A stretch of DNA of 64,000 nucleotides from an uncultured virus (IMG/VR IMGVR_UViG_3300028107_000045) (IMGVR_UViG_3300028107_000045), one strand, 5' to 3'. Shown: positions 37,141-46,549, counted from the stretch's first letter. Notes: generated from the sequence alone by a model not told the origin. Numbers and translations: made by a program.

Positions 37141-37464
37141 ATGGGTAAAGTAGTTAACATCGGTACTGATCTTTCGCTACACAGTGCCAAGAACGAAATG
37201 ATCACGGTAAGGGATGCACAACGAGCCTACCGTGAAAAGTCCACAAGGGTGCGTAACGAGATCCTTGAACGCCAAATCGAAGCTGCTAAGAAGTCTTGTG
37301 CGGCTTTGAAAGCATTTGGTGCTTTGTCCCCTCAGTACGCCGAAGCTCAAGAAGAAGCTCAAAAGGTGGTTGCTGAGGGTAGGGCTATTAATGATGCCTT
37401 GCGCGAGGAGTTCCGCGAGTTAATGGCTCATCACGATGATGTGAAAGCCAGGCGCGGTCTGTAG
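37141..37464 (+). CDS. small helical protein, motif family (MGKVVNI)
   Basis: GAGGT RBS; coiled-coil-like. Confidence 0.8.
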   Translation: MGKVVNIGTDLSLHSAKNEMITVRDAQRAYREKSTRVRNEILERQIEAAKKSCAALKAFGALSPQYAEAQEEAQKVVAEGRAINDALREEFRELMAHHDDVKARRGL

Positions 37465-37470
37465 TAAGCT

Positions 37471-37497
37471 TGGGGACCTTCGGGTCCTCAATTTTTT
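37471..37497 (+). terminator. Rho-independent terminator with cUUCGg loop
   Basis: TGGGGACC-TTCG-GGTCCTCA-ATTTTTT. Confidence 0.85.
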
Positions 37498-37520
37498 GTA
37501 TACAGCTAAGGAGTAGCAGT

Positions 37521-37775
37521 ATGTACCCGGTAATTGATATTAACGAGTCTCTTGAACGTGCCCGTATGGTTAGCCAAGTGATGGCGCTAACTATTTCTGG
37601 TAATTCGTATTACGTCCAGTCGACTATGATATCGGACCCTGAGCTCGCTGCTGAGTTGCATAAGCAAGGTACTGTTTGTGTAAACAAGGCTAATCAAATT
37701 CGTGATGCTTTCTGGACTAAGTTCCCTAAGGCATTTATCTCTCCTACTTGTCCGTGGATGAACCGTCATGGGTAA
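37521..37775 (+). CDS. small protein, motif family (MYPVIDI)
   Basis: AAGGAG RBS before ATG 37521. Confidence 0.75.
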   Translation: MYPVIDINESLERARMVSQVMALTISGNSYYVQSTMISDPELAAELHKQGTVCVNKANQIRDAFWTKFPKAFISPTCPWMNRHG

Positions 37776-38070
37776 TGTATTGAGTATTTACACGGCGAAG
37801 GCCAGGCGTGAAATAAACCGTATCTTGGCAGAGTACGGTGGGTTACCAGGATTCCTTTTACCGGATCTGGTAGAGACCCAGATAATTTCAGTCAAGTATG
37901 CTTTGGGTTGCTGGCGCTCGATGCAAGGGGGTGCGGTTATCTCAGATGAGTTCCAGTCTATTGTCAGTACTGCTGTAGAAGAAAACGAAGGGATGCTCCA
38001 AGCTTTCGAAGACTTGGGTGCAAAGTTCAAACGGGATTACGACAACGAGATCCCTTATACCAACATTTGA
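37768..38070 (+). CDS. small protein, motif family (MGNVLSI)
   Basis: 8-nt overlap with the upstream gene. Confidence 0.75.
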   Translation: MGNVLSIYTAKARREINRILAEYGGLPGFLLPDLVETQIISVKYALGCWRSMQGGAVISDEFQSIVSTAVEENEGMLQAFEDLGAKFKRDYDNEIPYTNI

Positions 38071-38077
38071 GGTGTGT

Positions 38078-38287
38078 ATGGGCCAAGTTGTCCAAATGGA
38101 TGCTTTTCGTAGGAAGCGCAATGTAGTAGCGCTTAGCCGTATTGAAGAACTTGAGCGTACGGTTGCTTACTGGGATCGTATCTTGCGTACATCGCCTGAT
38201 GTGCACACGCGTGAGCAGGCGGCTATTCGTGGCGGCCAAATCAAAATCGAGATCGGTGAAATCAAAAGTCAATTGGGGATTAAGTAA
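38078..38287 (+). CDS. small helical protein, motif family (MGQVVQMDAFRRK)
   Basis: GAGGTG RBS before ATG 38078. Confidence 0.75.
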   Translation: MGQVVQMDAFRRKRNVVALSRIEELERTVAYWDRILRTSPDVHTREQAAIRGGQIKIEIGEIKSQLGIK

Positions 38288-38625
38288 TGGGTCCTGAAAT
38301 CCGTAACCACATCAGCTATGTAGAGCGTTGGATTGAAGCGCATCAGAAAGTTTTGGAAGAGCTGAAAAAGCACGACCCGGAACTCAATGATCTGATAATC
38401 GAGTGCTTTAAGCACGGGGTTGGCGTACAGGTAGATCATCAAGTACGCCCTAACTGCCAGGTTATGGAATCCCATGGTGTTACCATTCGCGTGTTCAGCA
38501 AATGTGATGTTACTTGGCAATGCATGATGGGGCGCAAAAATGCTTTCCTTGGTGATCGGGTAATTACTCAACACAACAGTCTGGCTGAGGTTATTCAGCA
38601 CATCAAGGAAAAGGTTATTACCTGA
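38287..38625 (+). CDS. hypothetical protein
   Basis: TAATG coupling; 112 aa. Confidence 0.75.
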   Translation: MGPEIRNHISYVERWIEAHQKVLEELKKHDPELNDLIIECFKHGVGVQVDHQVRPNCQVMESHGVTIRVFSKCDVTWQCMMGRKNAFLGDRVITQHNSLAEVIQHIKEKVIT

Positions 38626-38819
38626 TGGGTAAGGTCCTGCAATTTACCGGCGACAATTTCCGTGCTGAAATGCGTAAGCTGGAGAACCAGCAGGCCGAGC
38701 TCTTGACTAAGTACCGCCAAGAGCAGGATCCGGTTGAGCGTCAGCGTTTGCATGATGAGTACGGTCGTCTTAGTAATGAACGTTTTGCTTTGGCTCTCGA
38801 AGCTATGGGGCGTAAATAA
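38625..38819 (+). CDS. small helical protein, motif family (MGKVLQF)
   Basis: TGATG coupling; helical-hairpin-like. Confidence 0.75.
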   Translation: MGKVLQFTGDNFRAEMRKLENQQAELLTKYRQEQDPVERQRLHDEYGRLSNERFALALEAMGRK

Positions 38820-39142
38820 TGCGTAAAAGTAAAGAACAGAAACAACAGGAAGCACTGGCGCGTAAGCGTGAGTTGTTTGACGAGAAGTCCTCGTGGTACC
38901 GCCGCTTCCAGGAAGGTGGTGACTTCTACAACGACAACTGCGCCAAGTACGGACTGGCTTATGCTCAGCAACGTAAGAACGAAGTTAGCACGTCGTTTGC
39001 CCGTTACTTGGTAGAAGCCCAGTTGGACTACCACGGTAACCCTGCGCAACCTGTTACCAAAAAGGTAGATTGGGATGGTATCAAAAAGACTCCCAATAAT
39101 GCCGCCATCCATTCCTACTTGGCTGAACTGGAGAACGAGTAA
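38819..39142 (+). CDS. hypothetical protein
   Basis: TAATG coupling; N-terminus MRKSKEQKQQEALAR. Confidence 0.75.
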   Translation: MRKSKEQKQQEALARKRELFDEKSSWYRRFQEGGDFYNDNCAKYGLAYAQQRKNEVSTSFARYLVEAQLDYHGNPAQPVTKKVDWDGIKKTPNNAAIHSYLAELENE

Positions 39143-39336
39143 TGGCTAAGAAATCCTTGGAAGATCGTTTTGCCGCAATCCAACAATACTCTCGTGAGAA
39201 CCACGTTTCCCTCGATATGGGTTACGATCCAATCCCTGACAAGTGGGTTGCCTGGGATGGCGAAGAGCAACTCACTGACCCGTGCGACGGTTTCGAAGAA
39301 CTGATCGAAGCGCTGGAAGCGCACTGGCAGTTGTAA
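39142..39336 (+). CDS. small acidic hypothetical protein
   Basis: TAATG coupling. Confidence 0.7.
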   Translation: MAKKSLEDRFAAIQQYSRENHVSLDMGYDPIPDKWVAWDGEEQLTDPCDGFEELIEALEAHWQL

Positions 39337-39659
39337 TGGGGATGGTAAAAGCGGTACTCAATGGTGTTGTGGTGGTTGGTGAAGAGGAAGACTTAAACCA
39401 TATCAAGTATGGGTATGAGGGTAGTGTAAACGGTAAATGGGGTCCTTATGAACCAGCTACCGAACACTACGCTGTGGTCTCTTTCCAAACCCATGACCAC
39501 CTGCAAGAACAGTTCCGTTCTATTTGGGCTGAACGCAAAGAGGACCTACCGGCAGTATATAAGGCCCTCCAAGCAACTGATTGTGATTTCATGATGGATC
39601 ATTCTTTTGAATTGGGTGTAACCATCTTGGAATACCTGGTAACACTACCTGAAGAGTGA
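39336..39659 (+). CDS. hypothetical protein
   Basis: TAATG coupling at 39336. Confidence 0.7.
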   Translation: MGMVKAVLNGVVVVGEEEDLNHIKYGYEGSVNGKWGPYEPATEHYAVVSFQTHDHLQEQFRSIWAERKEDLPAVYKALQATDCDFMMDHSFELGVTILEYLVTLPEE

Positions 39660-39678
39660 CCAGTGAAAGGAGAGCGCC

Positions 39679-39837
39679 ATGCGCGTTAAAATGACGAAGC
39701 AGGAAGCTCTCCAATTACTGGAGGGCGCTGTTAGACAGAAAGAGCAATTGCATCCGGAAGACGAGTTAGTGTACTTGGTAGATAACCAAATCATGATCCT
39801 CGAAAACTTGATACGTGCTTTTGATAAATACCCGTAA
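39679..39837 (+). CDS. small hypothetical protein (52 aa, absent from ORF track)
   Basis: AAGGAG RBS; MRVKMTKQEALQLLEG...RAFDKYP; ends at the palindrome. Confidence 0.7.
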   Translation: MRVKMTKQEALQLLEGAVRQKEQLHPEDELVYLVDNQIMILENLIRAFDKYP

Positions 39838-39839
39838 TA

Positions 39840-39871
39840 CTTACCCTCTAGCCCTAGGGCTAGAGGGTAAG
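39840..39871. terminator. perfect 32-bp palindrome, bidirectional terminator
   Basis: CTTACCCTCTAGCCCTAGGGCTAGAGGGTAAG between convergent genes, followed by TTTATTTTT. Confidence 0.8.
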
Positions 39872-39892
39872 CTACTAATGGTTTATTTTTGT

Positions 39893-40720
39893 TTAGCATT
39901 CGCCGTTATGCGTGACTAGGTAACTACCAATCACATAAAGCTTTTGATCGTCACCGATGCTAATGCACACAGTTTCTACCGGGTCGTCTCTGGTAATGCC
40001 TGTCAGTTTCAGTGACTTGGTGCGCTGGTGTATGGTATCGCTAACCAGGTTCTCTGGGTTACGGATATCTCGTTGCAGCACACGCAGGATATATGGGTCT
40101 TGTGCTTCCATATACACAATCCCACCTAATGACCAGATCAGGTCTCTCAGGGTGTATGCGGCTGTGTCTGACGTGGTGGAGATCAAGACGCCATTGTCAG
40201 TGTGGGTGGCGTCCTGGTATTCGATCATTGTTAGGGCGATCGTTAACCGGTCTTCGTAATGCAACTCTTCCACTTTGGGGAACGTGATTATGCCAGTTAA
40301 TAACTGGTGAGCTATATCTATTAGCTCTTGGTCACTCAAACAAGCTTGCTGTACACCAAGGCGACCTACCAGAGGAATACTGTACTCGAAGTCACTAAAG
40401 TGGTTCAAGATATCCAAGGTAGTAGTGACCATGGGGGTAAGCTGGTTGTCTTCGTAAACCGCCCACTGGTGTAATGGGTGGGATTCGGCTTCCCTGCCGT
40501 CTTCGAACAGGAACTTGTAGTTATCGGTGACCCCTTGGGGGTAAATACCGGTAACGGGTACGTAGTTGCCATCCGGAGTAACTACCAAGTCATTGAGTTT
40601 CAGTAAACCTAAAGTGGTCCAACCACCAGGTATTTTTACTCTGGTGTGAAGCGGCATTGCCAGACCTGGGCGTGCAGTGTATTTATTAATCGTAGACATA
40701 TTGTATAGTTTAGAGTCCAT
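39893..40720 (-). CDS. free-standing intein-like (HINT) protein with degenerate endonuclease region
   Basis: Block A AMPLHTRV; block B ESHPLHQW; block F VETVCISI; block G LVTHN; flanks of only ~20 aa and 3 aa. Confidence 0.88.
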   Translation of the reverse strand: MDSKLYNMSTINKYTARPGLAMPLHTRVKIPGGWTTLGLLKLNDLVVTPDGNYVPVTGIYPQGVTDNYKFLFEDGREAESHPLHQWAVYEDNQLTPMVTTTLDILNHFSDFEYSIPLVGRLGVQQACLSDQELIDIAHQLLTGIITFPKVEELHYEDRLTIALTMIEYQDATHTDNGVLISTTSDTAAYTLRDLIWSLGGIVYMEAQDPYILRVLQRDIRNPENLVSDTIHQRTKSLKLTGITRDDPVETVCISIGDDQKLYVIGSYLVTHNGEC

Positions 40721-40753
40721 AATAACCACAAGTCCTTTTTAGAGGTTGTATTG

Positions 40754-41125
40754 ATGGTATATCCTGATCAGTTGGAAATGGATAACTTCCGTATTCTGTT
40801 TGGGCATGCTTTATTTAGTCAAGGTATTGGTGCGACTAAAACCATGTCCGCCAAGATGGCGGTACATAGTGTGTTAGGGACACCACTCCGAGGCATGATG
40901 TTTACCGTACATACCGAGCACCGTGGTTTCTTTGAGTACTGGATTAGTCAAGAAGATATCGCCGCACTGAATGAATGGGATCCGGCTGAAATGGCTTTGG
41001 CTGTTATTGCCAACCGAGACGATAGCAAGAACATCGTTATTCGCCCGCTGCATAAAGAACCTGATGTAAAATATACTTTGTACCCAACCCCGTTTACCGT
41101 TGCTAAGGAAAAAGACGATGAGTGA
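40754..41125 (+). CDS. hypothetical protein
   Basis: GAGG RBS; about 123 aa. Confidence 0.7.
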   Translation: MVYPDQLEMDNFRILFGHALFSQGIGATKTMSAKMAVHSVLGTPLRGMMFTVHTEHRGFFEYWISQEDIAALNEWDPAEMALAVIANRDDSKNIVIRPLHKEPDVKYTLYPTPFTVAKEKDDE

Positions 41126-42791
41126 TACCACTGGCCGTAACGATGTCCTGTTGTCCAAGGACGATCCGTTTGTACAAGCCTTGGATGTGAACACCCGGCC
41201 GGTCATTAATGAAGGCTACGGCGGGATCCCTGCCTATGTCGGAACTACTGATCATTCTGGTGCTGTAGAACCGGGTGACACTTTACTGTTTACCGAACAA
41301 GGTCCAGGGCCAGTTCAGGAAGTGGGGATCACCAAGCTCGAGGAAGCACTGGCTGCTGATTTCGACGGTACTGTAGAAGGCAAGTCCATCAACTACCAGT
41401 GGACCGGTAACGTGCATGAATACGTTGACCCACATTTTGTGAGCAACATGGACTTTGGTAGTTTCAAACACTACTACCCGTTCACTCCCGATATTAGTTT
41501 TAAGGTTGATCTGACACGGGACAACGGCCCAGAAGACTTCCTCGAAGAACGGGACATCAACGGCGAAACCCTGCCCAACTACACCAAGGTTTGTGCCGCC
41601 CTGTATAACTTCTTCACCTCGGTCAATCCAGGTGTGCCGGCAATGGGTTGTGTCATGACCTACAACGGTTTCCAAGGTGACACCGAAGTTACCTACATCC
41701 GTTTCGAGCGTGATCACATCAGCCCGATGACTTACGTACTGCGCGCTGACAGTTTCGGGTTCTTCATTGACATGTGGTATGACGGTCTTACCAACCCAGT
41801 TCGTCAACGCACTGCTGGTGATTGGTGCCGTGAGGATAACAACTCGCCAGGCATGATTGCTCGCGGCAACAAGAAAATGATCACTCAGCTTTCTCGTGAG
41901 TGGCCTCTGAGCTGGCTTCGTCCAATCGAGCCAACCCACAAGTGGGATGACATGCTTAACGGTGACTTCAAACGCACTGACGACGTGATCGCTGCCTTCA
42001 ATGGTCGTTTCGATCGCTTCATCGCCATTGCTACCAAGCAAGCTGAACGTATCGCGCCGCATGTTACTGTGCGCGACCATGCTCTGATGCTGGTGTTCAA
42101 AGGTAACGACACACTCACCCGTTTGGTTATCGGTCTGGATCGTGTACCTGGTCGTCTGCCTGACAACGGTGAGTACAGCCTGGGTGACCGTCCAATCGAT
42201 CTGGCTGAGTGGTCGCACCTGGGTAACGATGTACTGGTTGCTGTCCGTAAGCTGACCAAGGTTAGTCAGTGGGTTGACCAACTGATCGAAGAGTCCCTCA
42301 AAGCGCTGCCAAAGTGTGTTTATGCTGAGGAAGCATTCGACAAGGTTGTTAAGACCCGTCTGTTGGCCTCTAGCCACTTCATGAAGGAGCTTTACCAGAT
42401 CAGCCCACGCGATGTACAGGGTTACGTTGAAAAGGTCGCTAACGACGTTATGACGGCCCTGCATGAGCATGGTGGTAATATTGGTCTCGACCTCAACAGC
42501 TGGCGTGTATACGAGTACCCGGAAGACGGTTCTCCAGCGATCCCACTGGTCAAGGATGAACTGAACTTCCGTAAGAAGGTATTCGACGTACACACCGACC
42601 GTATGGTAGAGATCATCTACGCTTACATGTTCGGTATCAAGTCTCCATACCTGCGCCCGTATGCCAACCGTGTGGTAGCCGACCTCAAAGACGGTATCCC
42701 AATCGGTAGCATCCGCCAAATCAAGGCAAGTGATATCCCTACTCCGGTAGTGGATGTTGAACCGGCTGGTAAGGACGAGTCAGACGTGTAA
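41118..42791 (+). CDS. large hypothetical protein
   Basis: AAGGA RBS before ATG 41118; 557 aa; strong phage codon usage. Confidence 0.85.
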   Translation: MSDTTGRNDVLLSKDDPFVQALDVNTRPVINEGYGGIPAYVGTTDHSGAVEPGDTLLFTEQGPGPVQEVGITKLEEALAADFDGTVEGKSINYQWTGNVHEYVDPHFVSNMDFGSFKHYYPFTPDISFKVDLTRDNGPEDFLEERDINGETLPNYTKVCAALYNFFTSVNPGVPAMGCVMTYNGFQGDTEVTYIRFERDHISPMTYVLRADSFGFFIDMWYDGLTNPVRQRTAGDWCREDNNSPGMIARGNKKMITQLSREWPLSWLRPIEPTHKWDDMLNGDFKRTDDVIAAFNGRFDRFIAIATKQAERIAPHVTVRDHALMLVFKGNDTLTRLVIGLDRVPGRLPDNGEYSLGDRPIDLAEWSHLGNDVLVAVRKLTKVSQWVDQLIEESLKALPKCVYAEEAFDKVVKTRLLASSHFMKELYQISPRDVQGYVEKVANDVMTALHEHGGNIGLDLNSWRVYEYPEDGSPAIPLVKDELNFRKKVFDVHTDRMVEIIYAYMFGIKSPYLRPYANRVVADLKDGIPIGSIRQIKASDIPTPVVDVEPAGKDESDV

Positions 42792-42797
42792 CCAGTT

Positions 42798-42840
42798 ATA
42801 ACCCCTACCCCAGCCTGGTAAGGGCTGGGGTAGGGGTTAT
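42798..42840. terminator. bidirectional CCTAC-family terminator
   Basis: 18-bp arms ATAACCCCTACCCCAGCC / GGCTGGGGTAGGGGTTAT between convergent genes. Confidence 0.8.
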
Positions 42841-42850
42841 GTTTGCGTTA

Positions 42851-44026
42851 TTACATGAACGGGCAGAAGTGCTCTTTCACGTTAGCGCTCAGACGTTCTA
42901 CCGATTGCACGGCTTTAGTCTGGTAGCCAGCAGTGGCGTTTATGATACCCAGCACCACTTTAGCCGAAGCCAGGCGTTCACGGACTTGGTCTTTGGTGTT
43001 GTATTTCTCACCATGGACTTCACCACTGTTAGAACCTTTGCCTTTCTTACGAATGGCTTCTTCCAGTTCCTTGATCTCCGACTCAACAGTAGCTTTCTGA
43101 TTGCTGATAGTCTCAGCTACACCACGGTGGCCGGAGAGCACTTGTTCCAGTTGACTAAATACATCCACGCCCTGACCAAGGTTCTTGATAGCATCGACCT
43201 TAACGATCTGGTTAATCGGGTGATCCAACAGTTTACCAAATACGCTAGACTTGAACGTTGCGTAGCATTTCTTCCAGCGATCGGAAGTAACTTCGCTGGA
43301 ACGGTCTTTCTCGACGTACTCTTTGTACTTACGGCGCAGGGACTCGGCTTCACCGACATTCTTGATGATGGTCTCGCGGGTGTCCTTGCTGATCTTGAAG
43401 TAGTTTTCCTTAATTACTTTAAGATCGTCTTCTTTCTGCTTGGTGGACTTGACATTACCTTCGTCAATCTTCTTGATCATCTGGTCGGCAATGGCTTTGT
43501 CACTGGAAGAAGCTTTCGGGTCTTTCTTAACCTTGTTAGCTTTATCCTTAGCTTTCTTACGTTGTTTCTCAACAACTTCGTCAGACTTACCAGGCTTAAC
43601 GTCTTCTTGTACGTCTTCCTTGTCCTTTTTAACTTTCTTCTCGGCTTTTTCGACCTTGCTTTCTACAGTGTCATCCCCACCGCCGAAGAACGCACGCCAC
43701 ACAGCGGTGAACATCTTCTTGATGAAGTCCCACGCGGCACCCAGGCCATCACCAATGGCGGAGAAGAACCCGCCTTCCATACCGGCACGTTGTTGCTTGT
43801 AGTCGATATGGTCTGCTGCGGACATGCAGGCGAACAGATAGGACTGAGCCTTGGTGTAGGTGGTGGACATGGACTCCATGCCCTTAACGGTGTCCAGGGC
43901 GCCTTCACAGATGGTGTCGAAGTGCTCTGGGTCTGGGATATCCGTATACTCTGGCGACAACGTCTCGAACAAGTGCGGGGCGTCTTCGTGGTCGGTATTG
44001 TTGAGCTCGTTGAAGTTTGGTTCCAT
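42851..44026 (-). CDS. internal head protein (phiKZ-type, proteolytically matured)
   Basis: Acidic propeptide, then an AGME site fitting the S/A/G-x-E prohead protease motif, then amphipathic AWDFIKKMFTAVWRAFFG. Confidence 0.75.
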   Translation of the reverse strand: MEPNFNELNNTDHEDAPHLFETLSPEYTDIPDPEHFDTICEGALDTVKGMESMSTTYTKAQSYLFACMSAADHIDYKQQRAGMEGGFFSAIGDGLGAAWDFIKKMFTAVWRAFFGGGDDTVESKVEKAEKKVKKDKEDVQEDVKPGKSDEVVEKQRKKAKDKANKVKKDPKASSSDKAIADQMIKKIDEGNVKSTKQKEDDLKVIKENYFKISKDTRETIIKNVGEAESLRRKYKEYVEKDRSSEVTSDRWKKCYATFKSSVFGKLLDHPINQIVKVDAIKNLGQGVDVFSQLEQVLSGHRGVAETISNQKATVESEIKELEEAIRKKGKGSNSGEVHGEKYNTKDQVRERLASAKVVLGIINATAGYQTKAVQSVERLSANVKEHFCPFM

Positions 44027-44041
44027 GGTAGTGTCCTGGGT

Positions 44042-44677
44042 TTAAGGGCGGGCAGCCAGAGCGGCTTCTAATTGTTGGATATACGCGTGGTCCCGGATAG
44101 CTTGTGCTTCGAGTTCGCGAATACGTGCTACATCATTACCACTGTCAGTGATCTTGCTCTTACGCACGTTCTCGTACGCATCGGCTTGTTCCTTACTGAC
44201 ATAACCAATAGTAGGGATCGTACCAATAGTAACAGTGGTAGTGATCCCTACGTTGGCTTCAATGTGGTCCTTGATATGGGCAATTTCTTTGGCCAAGATA
44301 TCGGCCATGCCTGGAGGCACAGGACCCATGTCAGCGATAATCACCATGTGCTCGTAACTAACACCATCTACCAGAGGCCAGCTCTTGAGGTAGTTGGTGA
44401 GCACGTAAGTAGCTACGTCGGCCCGGTCTAACAGACTGAGGACCTTAGCACCGTCTTTACGTGCACGTTCCAGAGCAGCAGGGAAGGTATCTGCAGTGAA
44501 TCCAGCCGGCTTAAACACGAGCTCGAACAGATCGAGTTTAAGTGCTTCCATTTCGTGGATATTGCGGATGGCTTCTACAGTGTAGTAAACCTCCGGCTTA
44601 ACCACCAGGTCGAAAGGCGCTTCTGCTTCAAAGCGCCCACGTGCGTCGATAGACGGGATAATAGTGTTAGATGCCAT
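44042..44677 (-). CDS. conserved phiKZ-like phage protein
   Basis: IPSIDARGRF..PF..YTVEAIR motif; position in the conserved block. Confidence 0.7.
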   Translation of the reverse strand: MASNTIIPSIDARGRFEAEAPFDLVVKPEVYYTVEAIRNIHEMEALKLDLFELVFKPAGFTADTFPAALERARKDGAKVLSLLDRADVATYVLTNYLKSWPLVDGVSYEHMVIIADMGPVPPGMADILAKEIAHIKDHIEANVGITTTVTIGTIPTIGYVSKEQADAYENVRKSKITDSGNDVARIRELEAQAIRDHAYIQQLEAALAARP

Positions 44678-44678
44678 A

Positions 44679-46025
44679 TCAGATACCTGTAACCTTATCC
44701 TGGATCATTTGCCACTTGGTAAGCACCAAGTAACGCGCACGACCAACACGTTTGGAAGCATACATCTTGCCGAAACGAGTAACCCGAGTAGTGCCAGGCA
44801 ACGGCAGGCTAACGTCGGTCATTACTTCAGCAGCAGCCAACAGGTTCTCCATCTGACGAATGAACTCCATGGTCTCCGGGTTCATCTGATCGAAATCAGA
44901 GTCAGTCGAAACACGCAGAGCGTAGTCAGGATAAAGCTGGAGAATCTTCTTGGTAGCATCGCTGTTGTTGACCTTAGCCACGAACGCACAAGCCAGGCTC
45001 TTGTACAGGAAAGGCACGTGCTGGGTGGATTTTATGACATGGGCCGACGTCATATTAGGCGTCAGATATTTATTAACGAGGAGCAGCCGGGTTTCTTCAT
45101 CGATGATTGGGCTGTACTCACGTGCACCGTTGGTTTTGTTTGTCAGGCCGTAACGGTTCCAGTTAGGGATAATGTAAAACTCGATCGGGTTGAACAGATC
45201 TGGGATTTTCTCTTCCCATTGCGCCAACGTGTACTTGGTGTTGGCCATGATCTCGTTACGCATCTGGTCGAACAGCAGGTCTTCGGCATCGACACCGTTA
45301 CCCCACCAGATATAGCGCCACCAGCCGGTTACCGACTTAGGTGTGTTGATCAGGTCCATGATCTGGAACGACATCGTAGTACCGTCAGTAACAGGCCATG
45401 CGGCGTTGTCAGTGAGGGCATGCAAACGCTTGTCGATTACGTCTGGGGTCTCAAGAGCCAGACGGGCAGCCATCTGCTCGTAGTTCATCGGCATCAGATC
45501 GTCCATGGAGGCCAGAGCTAATGGATGTACTACACCGAAGACCACGCGTGGGTACTGACGCTTGAAATATTCGTCAGCGAACCACAGATAAAACGTTTGT
45601 TTCTCTGAACCAACGATATGGTTACCCGTTACGAAACTGGGGAGGTAGTAACGGTTGTTGGTAACCATCTCACCGACATCGAGGATCTCGATACCGGAAC
45701 TGAATTGCGCCTTTAAGAGTGCAAGCGTGTTGGGGCGGGAGTCAGTGATATTACCAAGTTTGGTTTGATCGACTAACCAGTTGCTAATCTCAAGTTGCTT
45801 ATTAGCAATGGTAACTGGCATACTGATCTCAGTAGTACCATCCAGGCTAATGAAATTATGCAATACAGTGGCAGAAGCTTGACCAGTCAGGGTGAAAATA
45901 CCCTGATCTTTGGAGTAGGTCTTCGATTTGTTGGAGATCTCACCAATAGGTGATACAGCTTTGACCCCGTTGTTAGCGAATTCCGCTATCGCAGCGAAAG
46001 ACAAATAATTCTTAGCAGCCATCAC
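44679..46025 (-). CDS. virion structural protein (phiKZ gp157-like)
   Basis: VSPIGEIS..S.TYSKD, LWFADEYF..QY and W....PDLF..EF.IIP.W motifs; synteny. Confidence 0.7.
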   Translation of the reverse strand: MMAAKNYLSFAAIAEFANNGVKAVSPIGEISNKSKTYSKDQGIFTLTGQASATVLHNFISLDGTTEISMPVTIANKQLEISNWLVDQTKLGNITDSRPNTLALLKAQFSSGIEILDVGEMVTNNRYYLPSFVTGNHIVGSEKQTFYLWFADEYFKRQYPRVVFGVVHPLALASMDDLMPMNYEQMAARLALETPDVIDKRLHALTDNAAWPVTDGTTMSFQIMDLINTPKSVTGWWRYIWWGNGVDAEDLLFDQMRNEIMANTKYTLAQWEEKIPDLFNPIEFYIIPNWNRYGLTNKTNGAREYSPIIDEETRLLLVNKYLTPNMTSAHVIKSTQHVPFLYKSLACAFVAKVNNSDATKKILQLYPDYALRVSTDSDFDQMNPETMEFIRQMENLLAAAEVMTDVSLPLPGTTRVTRFGKMYASKRVGRARYLVLTKWQMIQDKVTGI

Positions 46026-46052
46026 TTACACCTCAGTAAATAAGGGTCATAT

Positions 46053-46523
46053 ATGTTGTTCACGCTCTTAAAAGAGCTAGTTGACAGATTCATAGAATTC
46101 CTCCTACGGATGTCTAAAGGTGAATCGTCTGAAGCGAAACTCACCTCTGTTTTGAAGTCTACGGTTTTCCTGATTAGCGTGTTGGTTTTTGCTGTGATTA
46201 GCCTACTGGCTGAGAACTTAAATATGCGTACGCAATTGGCAGATTACAAGTCCGTGTCTGCTAAATTGGGTGTGTTGCTTAAGCCTCAATCTATGGCTGG
46301 CGCAGCGGAGGAAATAAGCAAACTGTCCGCTAGCATCAACGACTCCAATAATAAGTTACGTAATGAGAACACCAAGCTGCTGGAATCCAACGTAGCACTT
46401 ACCCACGAGAACTACTGGATCCAGGTTACACTGAATCGTACGTTACAGGAATCTAAGTTGTTGCGGGAGAACAACCAGTTCTTTATGCGTATGTGTAGTG
46501 CCAGCTATCCAAATAAACTTTAA
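46053..46523 (+). CDS. membrane-anchored coiled-coil protein
   Basis: TM VFLISVLVFAVISLL followed by heptad repeats. Confidence 0.7.
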   Translation: MLFTLLKELVDRFIEFLLRMSKGESSEAKLTSVLKSTVFLISVLVFAVISLLAENLNMRTQLADYKSVSAKLGVLLKPQSMAGAAEEISKLSASINDSNNKLRNENTKLLESNVALTHENYWIQVTLNRTLQESKLLRENNQFFMRMCSASYPNKL

Positions 46524-46524
46524 C

Positions 46525-46549
46525 CCTACCCGTTATCTTAATGGGTAGG
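46525..46549. terminator. CCTAC-family hairpin
   Basis: CCTACCCGTTA-tct-TAATGGGTAGG. Confidence 0.5.

Noticed and set aside
39893..40720. Intein gene as an active homing endonuclease element
   Set aside because: The central region is short and lacks recognisable LAGLIDADG motifs, so mobility is unsupported.
46048..46055. CATATATG as back-to-back phiKZ late (TATG) promoters; also TATG at 36410-36413 on the minus strand
   Set aside because: Position is plausible, but a 4-bp motif cannot be distinguished from chance without transcription start data.
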